A stretch of DNA of 64,000 nt from Thermodesulfobacteriota bacterium. Lineage in GTDB: Bacteria > Desulfobacterota_D > UBA1144 > Nemesobacterales > Nemesobacteraceae. The stretch covers positions 864,001 through 928,000 of the forward strand of contig OZ241855.1 of assembly GCA_965202785.1 (NCBI GenBank), in the 5' to 3' direction. Position 1 is the first letter of the stretch, and each line of letters starts with the position of its first letter. This document shows, piece by piece, positions 1 to 10,095 of this stretch. The translations under genes were made by a program, and so were the position numbers. The notes below the pieces were generated by a model. It worked only from the letters and a program-made list of their open reading frames with translations, made no database searches and was not told the DNA's origin.

Positions 1-137
1 TGTTAAAGCCGAGATATTAGGGTGTTAAACATTTATGATTTGACCTTGTTTTATATCTTCAGACCTTCAATTGTCTGAAGACGCTAAGACTTTTCTGGTT
101 AAATAGGTCAAATCATTATATCTGCGAGAAAAGGGGG

Positions 138-1205
138 TTAATCGTCAAATTTTAAAACGAGCCCTTTTCTTTTTACTTGCGTTTTTTCCGAAAGAGCGTG
201 GGAAACTATGGGAAGAGCTATGGTGGCGTCGCAGTAGCACTGCACTAGGCTGCCTTCGGGGTTTTCCTTTCCCCAAGAAACAGCCTCTTCAAATGTGCAC
301 CCCGAGAGTCCTCCCCACTGGGGGGAGTCGGTTGTAATCTGGATTGCGTATTTATGAGGATAGTAGGTTTCCTGCTCCCCGGTCCCCTTGCGGTTAAGGC
401 CGGCCGTTCTGCCAGGAACCTTCCTGTCTTCGTAAAGAAGGTCTCCCGTGACGGCGAAAAGCTGGATGAAATCTTTCGGCACTCCCCCGCCTATGTAAAC
501 CACTCCCGTCTCAGCCACGCACTCTCCCATCCCCATAAACTCCACGTAGTCCTGTATGGCGTCAATTGTGAGATGATGTCCCCTGCTTTTTGCTATGAGG
601 GCTGCGTCTCCGTAAGGACTGTCGGCTATGGCGGGGCAGAAAACGGGGACTTCGTTTCTCGCCGCCGCGGCTATGATGCAGTTTATGTTTTTTTTGTCGA
701 GCCACTGTCCGCATCTTTTGAGAAATTCCCTTGAGGAATAACTTCGAGACTTATCAAGGGTCATTACGAATTCAGCTAACAGTTCCGTCATCTCAAGATA
801 GTCGGGCTCGGTTCCGTAAACGTCGTAGTAGCGGTTTATTCCCTCGGAGAAAAGCTTGGCATCGTCTTCATTCGGGTTTCCCTGCCAGTACGAAAAACCC
901 ATCGCTTCCACTATGTCCTCGGAGATATTGGCGCCCGTGGGAATGAGAACGTCTATGTAGCGGTTCTCGATCAGCCAGTTTATTATTTTCCACTGCCCGG
1001 TCGTGGAAAGAGAGCCTGCGTAGCCGAAAAAAATGGTGAGGTCCGGGTCTTCCACCATCCTGCAAAGAACATCGGCGGCTCTGGCGAGGCTTCTGCCCTG
1101 AAATCCTGTCTTCGCCATTTCCTCGAGCAGCCCTGAGATCGGCTTTCCGGGTGAAACCTCTATCGCTTCTACCTTTTTTCGTAGATAGTCAGAATTTTCC
1201 GCCAT
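138..1205 (-). CDS. deoxyhypusine synthase family protein (bacterial DHS/homospermidine synthase-like)
   Basis: 355 aa; DHS motifs GFQG, IGGGVPKDF, TTDSPQWGGLSGCTFEEAVSWGK, CDATIALP. Confidence 0.9.
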   Translation of the reverse strand: MAENSDYLRKKVEAIEVSPGKPISGLLEEMAKTGFQGRSLARAADVLCRMVEDPDLTIFFGYAGSLSTTGQWKIINWLIENRYIDVLIPTGANISEDIVEAMGFSYWQGNPNEDDAKLFSEGINRYYDVYGTEPDYLEMTELLAEFVMTLDKSRSYSSREFLKRCGQWLDKKNINCIIAAAARNEVPVFCPAIADSPYGDAALIAKSRGHHLTIDAIQDYVEFMGMGECVAETGVVYIGGGVPKDFIQLFAVTGDLLYEDRKVPGRTAGLNRKGTGEQETYYPHKYAIQITTDSPQWGGLSGCTFEEAVSWGKENPEGSLVQCYCDATIALPIVSHALSEKTQVKRKGLVLKFDD

Positions 1206-1221
1206 GCTTTTTTCCTTAACG

Positions 1222-3684
1222 TCAAACCCTTATGTCGACCAGCCTTTTCGGCACATAGACGAAGTTCTTTATCTCCCGCCCCGCTATGTATTCCGCTACC
1301 CTGCTATCCGAAAGTGCCGCTTTCCTCGCGGTTTCCTCATCTGCGTCGGCGCTTATGGAAATCTGGTTCCTTACCCTGGAGTTAACCCTCACCGGGATGG
1401 TTATCTCCGCACTCTCAAAAGCGCTCTCGTCCCACTTTATCCATTCCTTGTCAACCAGGCTTCCGTTTTCTCCCGAAAGTTCCCAGAGTTCTTCGGCGAA
1501 ATGGGGGGCCATGGGGTAGATAAGCCTCGTTATCGCGAGTAGCGACACACGGGCGTGCTCTCTTTCCACGCTTTTTTCTTTCCAGAGCGTGGTGAGTTCA
1601 TTGAAAAGCTCCATTACGGCCGATATCGCAGTGTTGAACTTGAAGTTCTCTATGTCTTCTGTGACTTTTTTTATCGTCCGGTTAGTCGTGGCGGCGAGAG
1701 CAGCGGGTTTTCCCTCCGGCGGCGGTTTCTGGACCTGCTCTTCGTTTTCCCCCTCGGCGAAAAACCCGGTTGCGAAACGCCAGACCCTGCCGAGAAATCT
1801 GAACATTCCGTTTACTCCCTGTTCGCTCCACTCAAGATCTTTTTCAACGGGGGCGGCGAAGAGCATGAACGTCCTTACGGTGTCAGCCCCGTAGCGAACT
1901 ATCATGTCGTCTGGGTCCACGGTGTTCCCGAGAGACTTTGACATTTTCGCCCCGTCTTTTACCACCATTCCTTGGGTGAGAAGGTTTTCAAAGGGTTCGT
2001 CGAGTTGGAAAACGCCGATATCCCTGAGCACCTTCGTAAAGAACCTTGAGTAAAGCAGGTGAAGTATGGCGTGCTCTATTCCGCCTATGTACTGATCCAC
2101 AGGAAGCCAGTAAGAAGCTTTTTCGGGTTTGAACATGCCACCTTTAAAATCGGGAGAGGCGTATCTCAGAAAATACCAGGATGACTCCATGAACGTATCC
2201 ATTGTGTCGGTTTCCCGCTTCGCAGGTTCTCCGCAGGCGGGACAGGTTGTTGCAATGAAGCTTTCGATCTTGGAGAGAGCCGGGATTCGCTCTCCGTCAA
2301 TATCTATCTCGAGCGGGAGTTCCACCGGAAGATCGGAGTCCGGAACCGGAACCTCTCCGCACTGCTCGTGCTCGCAGTAAACTATGGGTATCGGTGCTCC
2401 CCAGTATCGCTGCCTTGAGATTCCCCAGTCCCGAAGACGGTAGTTGATCTTGATTCCGCCCGCGGCGTTTTTCTGGAGAAACTCGGCTATTTCCCCGAAG
2501 GCTTCCTGGGAGGTGAGTCCCGAGAGCCACCCGGAATCCCCAAGAATTCCCTTTTCCGTAAATGCTTCTTTTTCTATGTCGAAGGTGCTTCCGTCGTCAG
2601 GGAAAATCACCTGCTTTATCCCGAGACCGTATTTTTTCGCAAACTCCCAGTCCCTCTGGTCGTGTGCGGGAACGCTCATTACCGCACCCGTTCCGTAGCT
2701 CATGAGGACGAAGTTCGCGGTCCATACAGGTATTTTCTCCCCGCTTATGGGGTGAACGGCCTCTATTCCCAGAGGGACGCCGCTTTTTTCCATGGTTTCA
2801 ATCTCAGCCTCAGAGACGGGAGCCTTGCCACACCGGGCGAGAAAATCCGCCACCTCGGAGTTTTTCTTAGCCGTTTCTCCTACAAGCGGATGCTCGGGGG
2901 CCAGAGCCAGGTAGGTCACCCCCATGATAGTGTCCGGGCGCGTGGTGAATATCTTCAAGACGCTCTTCTCCCCGTCCACGCGGAATTCGGCCTCGACTCC
3001 CTCGGATCTTCCTATCCAGTTCCTCTGCATGGTTTTAACCGCATCGGGCCACCCTTTCATCTTTTCGAGTTCGTTCAGTAATTCTTCTGAGTAATCGCTT
3101 ACCCTCAGGAACCACTGCGGTATTTCTTTTTTCTCAACAACCGCTCCTGAGCGCCATCCCTTTCCGTCAATCACCTGCTCGTTTGCGAGCACTGTCTGGT
3201 CAACCGGATCCCAGTTAACAACGGAGGTCTTTCTGTACGCTAGCCCCTCGCGGTGAAGTCTGGTGAAAAGCCACTGCTCCCAGCGGTAGTATTCAACGTC
3301 GCACGTTGCGATTTCCCGGTTCCAATCGTAGCTGAACCCGAGGCGCATGAGCTGCTGTTTCATCTGGGCTATGTTGGCCCGCGTCCAGGTCGAGGGATGT
3401 ATGGCGTTTTGTATCGCCGCATTCTCGGCGGGCAGCCCGAAAGCGTCCCACCCGATGGGGTGAAGAACGTTAAAACCCCTAGCCCTTTTGAATCTCGAGA
3501 CGACGTCCCCGATCGTGTAGTTCCTCACGTGCCCCATGTGGATTCTCCCTGAGGGGTACGGGAACATTTCAAGAACGTAGTATTTTTCCCCGGAGGTCTC
3601 CTCGGAGACCCTGTAGGTGTCTTTTTCCGCCCAGAAATCCTGCCACTTTTTTTCGATTTCCTGCGGTCTGTATTCTCTTTCCAT
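1222..3684 (-). CDS. leuS: leucine--tRNA ligase
   Basis: 820 aa; [13 protein letters not shown] (HIGH-like), [20 protein letters not shown]. Confidence 0.98.
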   Translation of the reverse strand: MEREYRPQEIEKKWQDFWAEKDTYRVSEETSGEKYYVLEMFPYPSGRIHMGHVRNYTIGDVVSRFKRARGFNVLHPIGWDAFGLPAENAAIQNAIHPSTWTRANIAQMKQQLMRLGFSYDWNREIATCDVEYYRWEQWLFTRLHREGLAYRKTSVVNWDPVDQTVLANEQVIDGKGWRSGAVVEKKEIPQWFLRVSDYSEELLNELEKMKGWPDAVKTMQRNWIGRSEGVEAEFRVDGEKSVLKIFTTRPDTIMGVTYLALAPEHPLVGETAKKNSEVADFLARCGKAPVSEAEIETMEKSGVPLGIEAVHPISGEKIPVWTANFVLMSYGTGAVMSVPAHDQRDWEFAKKYGLGIKQVIFPDDGSTFDIEKEAFTEKGILGDSGWLSGLTSQEAFGEIAEFLQKNAAGGIKINYRLRDWGISRQRYWGAPIPIVYCEHEQCGEVPVPDSDLPVELPLEIDIDGERIPALSKIESFIATTCPACGEPAKRETDTMDTFMESSWYFLRYASPDFKGGMFKPEKASYWLPVDQYIGGIEHAILHLLYSRFFTKVLRDIGVFQLDEPFENLLTQGMVVKDGAKMSKSLGNTVDPDDMIVRYGADTVRTFMLFAAPVEKDLEWSEQGVNGMFRFLGRVWRFATGFFAEGENEEQVQKPPPEGKPAALAATTNRTIKKVTEDIENFKFNTAISAVMELFNELTTLWKEKSVEREHARVSLLAITRLIYPMAPHFAEELWELSGENGSLVDKEWIKWDESAFESAEITIPVRVNSRVRNQISISADADEETARKAALSDSRVAEYIAGREIKNFVYVPKRLVDIRV

Positions 3685-3820
3685 TCCTAGGGGAAAGCGT
3701 TTGACGGGTTTAGGTCTTGGGTTTTTACAAACGCGGTTGTATTGTAATTAAAACCCGCCTTGCTTTCAAACCCCTTCGCTACCTACCACCATTTGTGTTA
3801 AACTTCCTTCCCGGCGAGCA

Positions 3821-4567
3821 ATGAGTTCCAGTGAATTTGACGAGACGGCGCGGGCGGTTGAGAACTATCTTCGGTTCTGCAAGGAGATTGGCATAGAGGA
3901 GTTGCCGGCTGGGTTGGCCGCGGGAGGAACCGAAATAGCGGATACGGAGAAAAACGGAACTGTTCTTTTTAATGATAGCAGGAAGCCGAGAGATTCATCT
4001 GTGGTCAAGACTCTTTCCGAGATAAGGGAGGAACTCGGGGACTGCACAAGGTGCCGTCTCTGCGAGACCAGAAAGAGCATAGTGTTCGGCGAGGGCAATC
4101 CCAAGGCAAGGCTCGTATTTGTCGGCGAAGGTCCCGGAAGGGACGAGGACATTCAGGGAAGACCCTTTGTCGGAAGGGCGGGGCAGCTGCTTACGAAGAT
4201 AATCCGGGCGATGAAGCTTGAGAGAAAGGACGTGTACATCTGCAACGTGGTGAAGTGCCGTCCCCCGGGAAACAGGAACCCGCAACCGGATGAGGTGGCA
4301 AGCTGCGAGCCGTTTCTTATGAAACAGATAGAAAGCATAAATCCCGAGGTAATAGTTTCCCTCGGAAGCGTCGCTACCGGGTTGATGCTCAAGCTTAAGA
4401 ACTTCAAGATGGGGCAGTTAAGAGGCACTTTTCACCAGTACGGAGACTCAAAACTTATGATTACTTACCACCCGGCCGCGCTTCTGCGAAACCCGTCTCT
4501 TAAAAAACCTGTCTGGGAAGACATGAAGCTTGTGATGAGGGAACTTGGAATACCTACGAGCGGGTGA
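3821..4567 (+). CDS. uracil-DNA glycosylase, family 4 (4Fe-4S)
   Basis: CTRCRLC, VGEGPG, PFVGRAGQLL, NVVKCRPPGNR, TYHPAALLR. Confidence 0.95.
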   Translation: MSSSEFDETARAVENYLRFCKEIGIEELPAGLAAGGTEIADTEKNGTVLFNDSRKPRDSSVVKTLSEIREELGDCTRCRLCETRKSIVFGEGNPKARLVFVGEGPGRDEDIQGRPFVGRAGQLLTKIIRAMKLERKDVYICNVVKCRPPGNRNPQPDEVASCEPFLMKQIESINPEVIVSLGSVATGLMLKLKNFKMGQLRGTFHQYGDSKLMITYHPAALLRNPSLKKPVWEDMKLVMRELGIPTSG

Positions 4568-4638
4568 TTAGCTCAGTGGATTAGAGCACAGGCCTCCGGA
4601 GCCTGGGGTCGGGGGTTCGAATCCCCCATCGCCCGCCA
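4562..4638 (+). tRNA. tRNA-Arg(CCG)
   Basis: acceptor GGGTGAT/ATCGCCC, anticodon arm CAGGC-CTCCGGA-GCCTG, GGTTCGAATCC T-arm, encoded CCA. Confidence 0.95.
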
Positions 4639-4655
4639 CAACAGGTAGGGGTATG

Positions 4656-4700
4656 TACCGAAGACATAGTTGACAGTTTATACCGGAGACATCGTTTACA
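4656..4700. repeat. imperfect tandem repeat (25-bp period), resembling an IS481-family terminal remnant
   Basis: TACCGAAGACATAGTTGACA (4656-4675) vs TACCGGAGACATCGTTTACA (4681-4700), 17/20 identical, 17 bp after the tRNA-Arg CCA. Confidence 0.55.
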
Positions 4701-4746
4701 CTTTTAGTAAAAAAGGGTTCGTGGCCGGTTCTACCCTACTCCCGAG

Positions 4747-5541
4747 TTATTTTCTAAGGACGATGTACATGGTTTTCTCATCGGACCAGTTGATTTTGTC
4801 GGGGTCTTCATAGGATTCACGGATGTTTTTCCTGAACTCCGCGAGGGATCTTTCAAACTCCTGGCTCTCATAGAGATAAAAAGTCGAGTAGTGCTTGCTC
4901 TGCGCCCTCTCAACCAGTTCCTTAAGGGAATTCTCCCTGGCGAGAATAAATGTTTTCGTCTCAATAAGCTCAAGTCCCTCTGTCCTTTTAATCTCAGCCT
5001 CAAGTCTTTCGGTATTGTAAAAGTCCGACTCCTTCTGATTAAACGACGGAAAGTGTTTTCCCCATATGCTTTTCATGCTCTGGGTTTTGGTTCTTGTGTA
5101 GATAAAAAGAAACGATCCCTCTTGGAGCACCCTTGCACTTTCCCTCAGGAATTTCGGGGCGTTGAAAAAATGTATGGCGTTGAAGCAGAATACGGCGTCA
5201 AGCGCCTTGTCCCCGATGGGGAGTTCCTGTGCCATGGCGATTTTGGTCACGTAGTTTCGGATGTCGTGGTCCTCAAGGTACTGCTCGAGGCTCTCGAGCA
5301 TGAACTCGTTTGTGTCATAGCAGTAAAGAAACAGGTTTTCCTTGCCCAGGTGCTCGAAGAAAAGTCTTGCGTACCGTCCGGCTCCTGCCCCCACGTCGGC
5401 AGCTTTTATTTTTCCCTTGTTCCCTATTATTCCCTTTATGTAGAGCACGGGTTCTGAGTCTGTAATTCTCAGAGACCTGTAGATGGCCGCTACTCGCGCG
5501 TAATGACCCTGCGTCTTCTTTATGAACTGTTGGCTTTTCAT
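4747..5541 (-). CDS. class I SAM-dependent methyltransferase
   Basis: motif I ADVGAGAG; AQELPIGDKALDAVFC; ESARVLQEG. Confidence 0.85.
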   Translation of the reverse strand: MKSQQFIKKTQGHYARVAAIYRSLRITDSEPVLYIKGIIGNKGKIKAADVGAGAGRYARLFFEHLGKENLFLYCYDTNEFMLESLEQYLEDHDIRNYVTKIAMAQELPIGDKALDAVFCFNAIHFFNAPKFLRESARVLQEGSFLFIYTRTKTQSMKSIWGKHFPSFNQKESDFYNTERLEAEIKRTEGLELIETKTFILARENSLKELVERAQSKHYSTFYLYESQEFERSLAEFRKNIRESYEDPDKINWSDEKTMYIVLRK

Positions 5542-5597
5542 TCGTTCCTCTCCGGTGTGAGTATGAAATTGTGATTGGCGCTCGGTTGATTAGGGTT

Positions 5598-6014
5598 TCA
5601 GCCCCGAGGCTGCGAGTCTAGGATGTTTTTCTGAAAACTTTCCGCGACTTCCCGAAACAAGTAAGCAACCGTGTCGGGAAGGTCATCAATCCCGCACCAT
5701 TTTCTTTTTCTGTCCCTTTCGTAATCTCCCGTATCCTCAATGGCTCTGGCGCAGAAAAAAGTGTAGAGAACGTGTCTTTTCCCCCCTTCAATGATCATTA
5801 TGTCGAGAGGTTGCTCTATTTCCACCTTGTATCCGCTTTCCTCAAGACATTCCCTCTCCGCCGCCTCAGCGGGAGTTTCACCGTAATCGACTCCTCCTGC
5901 GGGGAAAACCCATGAATCATTGAGTTTTCTTGAACTCACTAGAATGACTTCAATTTTCCCGAGGCTGTTTTCCCTGTAAGCGACGACGCCTGCCTTTTGT
6001 ACGGGTTTACGCAT
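5598..6014 (-). CDS. NUDIX hydrolase
   Basis: Nudix box GGVDYGETPAEAAERECLEESG. Confidence 0.9.
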   Translation of the reverse strand: MRKPVQKAGVVAYRENSLGKIEVILVSSRKLNDSWVFPAGGVDYGETPAEAAERECLEESGYKVEIEQPLDIMIIEGGKRHVLYTFFCARAIEDTGDYERDRKRKWCGIDDLPDTVAYLFREVAESFQKNILDSQPRG

Positions 6015-6128
6015 TTAGGTGAGAATGTTAGCCTAAAAATAGAATATGAACAGAAAGAAATTATTATTTTCCTGATCGGAAGAAATTTCTCCGACAGGTT
6101 TCTCAAAACTGGGAGCGCCTTACGTTAC

Positions 6129-6181
6129 AGTGTGTACTCACTTAGTAAAGACGAACGGGATGCTGTTGTGATTGCATCGAG
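6129..6181. repeat. 53-bp direct repeat, copy 1 (copy 2 at 9951-10003)
   Basis: AGTGTGTACTCACTTAGTAAAGACGAACGGGATGCTG(T/C)TGTGATTGCATCGAG; 52/53 identical to 9951-10003. Confidence 0.95.
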
Positions 6182-6239
6182 TAGAACTTATCTCTGATCG
6201 TACTATATAATTTCCCCGTTCCCCGAAGCGGAGGTTTGA

Positions 6240-8351
6240 GTGTCAAACAGACTTAAAAACGAAAAGAGTCCTTATCTTCTCCAGCACGCGGAGAATCCAG
6301 TTGACTGGTATCCGTGGGGAGAGGAGGCGTTCGAGAGAGCGCGGGAACTAGGGAGGCCGATATTTCTTTCCATAGGATACTCGACCTGTCACTGGTGCCA
6401 CGTTATGGAGCGCGAATCCTTTGAAGACGCCGAGGTGGCAGGGCTCATGAACGAGAACTTCGTCTCGATCAAGGTCGACAGGGAGGAGCGTCCCGACATT
6501 GACAATATTTACATGACTGTCTGTCACGTGATTTCAAGAAAAGGCTGCGGCTGGCCTCTTAACATAGTGATGACGCCTGAAGGGGAACCTTTTTTCGCCG
6601 GAACCTATATACCTAAGGAGAACCGTTACGGCAGAGTCGGAATGAAGGAACTTGTGCCGGCGATAAAAGAACTCTGGGAGGACAAAAGGGAAGAGGTCCT
6701 GGAATCTGCCCGGCAGATAACCGATGCCGTCTGCAGCCTTGGAGATTCGCTGCGGAAAGCCGAAGCCTCTCAGCTTAACGAAAAAACTCTCGATCAGGCC
6801 TACGGTTATTTTCTTTCGACTTTCGATCCCGATGAAGGCGGCTTCGGGAGAGCTCCGAAATTTCCGACTCCTCACAACTTGATGTTTCTGATGAGGCATT
6901 ACGGACGCACTAGGAAAGATGTTTCCTTGAGGATGGTTGAGAGGACTCTTCTTGCAATGGGAAGGGGCGGCATATATGACCATGTGGGCTTCGGTTTTCA
7001 CAGGTATTCGACCGATTCGCGATGGCTTGTTCCCCATTTCGAGAAGATGCTCTATGATCAGGCGCTTTTAGCAGTTGCTTACACAGAAGCGTGGCAGATC
7101 ACGAAAAATCCGTTTTACGAAAAAAAAGCGAGGGAAATACTCGAATACCTGATTCGGGACATGACATCTCTCGAAGGAGCTATTTACTCGGCCGAAGATG
7201 CCGACAGCGAAGGGGAGGAAGGAAAGTTCTATCTTTGGACCTTGGGGGAGCTAGAGGAACTGGTGGGAGCTGAGGACGCAGAGTTCCTCTCGGACGTCTA
7301 CAATCTCTCTAGCGACGGAAATTTCACGGACGAGGCAACGGGAGAGCAAAGCGACAGGAACATATTTCACCTCAAAGAACCTCTGGCCGACACCGCTGCA
7401 CGGCGCGGTGTTCCGATTGAAGCGCTTGAGGGGAAGCTTGAGGGTTTGCGGGATAAGCTTTTTGCTTGCAGGGAAAAAAGAGTTCATCCCTATAAAGACG
7501 ACAAGATCCTCACGGACTGGAACGGAATAGCGATAGCGGCATTTTCAAAAGCGGCTGCGGTTTTCGGAGAGGAAAGATATTCTGACGCCGCACGGGGCTC
7601 GATAGAATTCATAATGCGGAACCTTTTCCGCGATGGAAGGCTTCTTCACCGCTACCGCGAGGGTGAAGCGGGCATAATGGCAAGCGTCGATGATTACGCC
7701 TTTTTCATATGGGGACTTCTTGAATACTACGAAAGCGTTTTTGACGAAAAATACCTCGCTTTGGCTATTTCTCTCTGCCGGGACCAGTTCGAGCATTTCT
7801 GGGATGAGGAATTCGCGGGTTTTTTCTTCACGGCCGACGACGGTGAAGCTCTGATAACCAGACAGAAGGAAATTTATGATGGAGCGCTTCCGTCTGGAAA
7901 CTCGGTTTCGATACTTAACATCCTGAAGATAGCGAGGCTGACCGCCGACTCCGAACTTGAAGACAGGGCGGCTCGAATGACCGCGGCTTTTTCTCCCCAG
8001 ATCTCAAAGCATCCTGCTTCTTTTTCAATGCATATGAACTCTCTTGATTTCATGCTGGGTCCTTCTTTCGAGATAGTCATAGCGGGGGACAGGAACTCCC
8101 CCGAGACCCGCCGGTTTCTCGAGGCCCTCTCGGGCGAGTACTTGCCGAACAAGGTCGTGATATTAAAAGACGAAGAAAACGAAGAGGAAATTTCAAGAAT
8201 TGCCCCTTACACACAGGGCCATAGCCCCATTAACGGAAAAACCGCGGCGTACATATGCTCAAATTACGAGTGCCGTCTTCCGACGGATGACCCGGTACGG
8301 ATGCTTGAGCTTATACGAGGGGGGAAAAGTATCGATAAAGTGCCTGGATAG
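6240..8351 (+). CDS. YyaL/SSP411-like thioredoxin-domain protein (DUF255 plus six-hairpin glycosidase-like domain)
   Basis: [48 protein letters not shown]. Confidence 0.93.
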   Translation: MSNRLKNEKSPYLLQHAENPVDWYPWGEEAFERARELGRPIFLSIGYSTCHWCHVMERESFEDAEVAGLMNENFVSIKVDREERPDIDNIYMTVCHVISRKGCGWPLNIVMTPEGEPFFAGTYIPKENRYGRVGMKELVPAIKELWEDKREEVLESARQITDAVCSLGDSLRKAEASQLNEKTLDQAYGYFLSTFDPDEGGFGRAPKFPTPHNLMFLMRHYGRTRKDVSLRMVERTLLAMGRGGIYDHVGFGFHRYSTDSRWLVPHFEKMLYDQALLAVAYTEAWQITKNPFYEKKAREILEYLIRDMTSLEGAIYSAEDADSEGEEGKFYLWTLGELEELVGAEDAEFLSDVYNLSSDGNFTDEATGEQSDRNIFHLKEPLADTAARRGVPIEALEGKLEGLRDKLFACREKRVHPYKDDKILTDWNGIAIAAFSKAAAVFGEERYSDAARGSIEFIMRNLFRDGRLLHRYREGEAGIMASVDDYAFFIWGLLEYYESVFDEKYLALAISLCRDQFEHFWDEEFAGFFFTADDGEALITRQKEIYDGALPSGNSVSILNILKIARLTADSELEDRAARMTAAFSPQISKHPASFSMHMNSLDFMLGPSFEIVIAGDRNSPETRRFLEALSGEYLPNKVVILKDEENEEEISRIAPYTQGHSPINGKTAAYICSNYECRLPTDDPVRMLELIRGGKSIDKVPG

Positions 8352-8446
8352 GGATGTTTACACGGGCAATCCGCACTTCATAATACTTCAATTAGACAAC
8401 TTGATACGGACAGACTAAGGCTGTTTTCTGTAATTCTAGGTTTCGA

Positions 8447-9013
8447 TTATTGACCGTGGGCAAGGCCGTAGAGCAGCACTTGGTCAGTCCACAGTTCTAC
8501 TTGTACACCGTTTGTTTCATAGATCCCCGGCTCCACATCCTTTATGTTGTCTGCTATCGGCAAGACATATAAGGTGTGAATAATCTGGCTTTTGCTGTGG
8601 CTCAACTTCAATTGGGCTGCCTGAGACCCTTGAATGGTGCAGTACTTGCCCCCTGCGAGGACGAAATCCTGAACAAATTCGTCGCGGCGGGGCCGGATGG
8701 GAAAGTCCAACTCGCTGAGTGCGGCCTGTACAACGGCGTACTGGTCTGATTCCACCACCAGTGCACCGTGTTGGCGGTGATTGTGTCCGATTTCGGCGAC
8801 CACCTGATGGGTAAGGCTGCTGTCCGTACTAATGTGCAGCCACAACCCAATTCCGATTGTTAGCAATATGACCGCAGCAATTGGGATAAGATAAGAAACA
8901 CTGTGGCGCGTTCTTTCCATCTCATGGACGGAGGCTTGCATTGCCGTGATTTTGTGCGAATCAAGGCGCTTGCTTCGATAGTAGTTCTTGAGTTCTTGTT
9001 CCAAGTTCTTCAT
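8447..9013 (-). CDS. putative membrane-anchored anti-sigma factor
   Basis: short N-terminal region, one TM segment (LIPIAAVILLTIGIGLWL), extracytoplasmic domain with GGKYC; immediately downstream of the ECF sigma gene. Confidence 0.65.
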   Translation of the reverse strand: MKNLEQELKNYYRSKRLDSHKITAMQASVHEMERTRHSVSYLIPIAAVILLTIGIGLWLHISTDSSLTHQVVAEIGHNHRQHGALVVESDQYAVVQAALSELDFPIRPRRDEFVQDFVLAGGKYCTIQGSQAAQLKLSHSKSQIIHTLYVLPIADNIKDVEPGIYETNGVQVELWTDQVLLYGLAHGQ

Positions 9014-9017
9014 TGTC

Positions 9018-9488
9018 TCAGTCGGCCGCGTCTAGGGTGGCCAGTTTTTTCCTACTTCTATGTATGAGGCTCAGGACGGTTCCCCGAGGCCTGTCGGTCA
9101 GCGTGGCAATTTCATTAGCCGAGTAGCCCTCCACGATATGTAGAAACAGGACTTCGCGCTCAATATCCCGCAGCTTGGAAAGCATCTGATCTATGGCGAC
9201 CTTGGTGTCTCCCCCGGTGGCGGCGCCGGAAGCCGAGAGACCCTCGTGTTCGCTAGTGAGTGTGATAAACTGGACGCGTTGCCGTCTGCGATACTGGTCG
9301 ATGTACAGATTTCGGATAGTTGTGAAAAAAAGGGCTTTTGTTTTCACTTTTTTATACCTCTGATGCAACTTAAGCCAAGCCGTCTGCACTAGATCCTCAG
9401 CGTCGTGATGGTGATGGGTGAGTGCGTAGGCATATCGGAACCCGCTTTGTAACAGTTCTTCTGCACTGAGTGATGGAGATGCTGGCAT
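9018..9488 (-). CDS. ECF RNA polymerase sigma factor
   Basis: region 2 DAEDLVQTAWLK...IRNLYIDQYRR; region 4 EGYSANEIA...PRGTVLSLIHRSRKKL. Confidence 0.92.
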   Translation of the reverse strand: MPASPSLSAEELLQSGFRYAYALTHHHHDAEDLVQTAWLKLHQRYKKVKTKALFFTTIRNLYIDQYRRRQRVQFITLTSEHEGLSASGAATGGDTKVAIDQMLSKLRDIEREVLFLHIVEGYSANEIATLTDRPRGTVLSLIHRSRKKLATLDAAD

Positions 9489-9548
9489 GGTTTCATGCGG
9501 GCATGGAAGGCCGCGACCGCTTCCAAGTCCGTATACTCCGTGGCCGAT

Positions 9549-9932
9549 TCAGTTTTCCAAATGATACGCCCGTTTGACCTTCCCGACTTTGTGTACGATA
9601 CCCTGTAAGGCCCGGAACTTACCGTCTTTTTCGATCACGAGAAAATCAAGGTCGAAATAGATGCCGTTGCGATCGTGGAAATCCGCGCAACTGACGTAGT
9701 AATCGGCCTTTTTAACGATTCCTTCATGCAGCTTTGTGAGCTTGAGCTTTAGGAGGTCGCCCGTGATTGCGTCATACAGGACATAATGTCCGTTCACCGT
9801 GTTGTGGTCAATATGCTCCTGCATCGCTGTCTGGATGCCGCGGCGTCTGTCTCCTTTTATACTTGGGTCGTCGGCGGCAAAGGCTGTGAGGGTGAAAGCC
9901 AGAAAAACCAGTATTCCCATTATGCTCTTCAT
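9549..9932 (-). CDS. secreted hypothetical protein
   Basis: signal peptide MKSIMGILVFLAFTLTAFA; AAGGAG RBS; first gene of the ECF operon. Confidence 0.8.
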   Translation of the reverse strand: MKSIMGILVFLAFTLTAFAADDPSIKGDRRRGIQTAMQEHIDHNTVNGHYVLYDAITGDLLKLKLTKLHEGIVKKADYYVSCADFHDRNGIYFDLDFLVIEKDGKFRALQGIVHKVGKVKRAYHLEN

Positions 9933-9950
9933 ATTGAATATCTCCTTTAA

Positions 9951-10003
9951 AGTGTGTACTCACTTAGTAAAGACGAACGGGATGCTGCTGTGATTGCATC
10001 GAG
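9951..10003 (-). promoter_or_regulatory. 53-bp repeat copy 2; probable ECF-type promoter of the secreted protein/sigma/anti-sigma operon
   Basis: minus strand GCAATC-N16-CGTC (ECF-like -35/-10 spacing) just upstream of the RBS of 9932; near-palindrome AGTGTGTACTCACT. Confidence 0.6.
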
Positions 10004-10095
10004 CGGTCAACAGCAACTATTTTTTTTGTCGAAACTGTTGCATTTGTAAAAACTGTTCCTATAATCTATGTAAAATTTTTTTCAGGGGGGACCAA

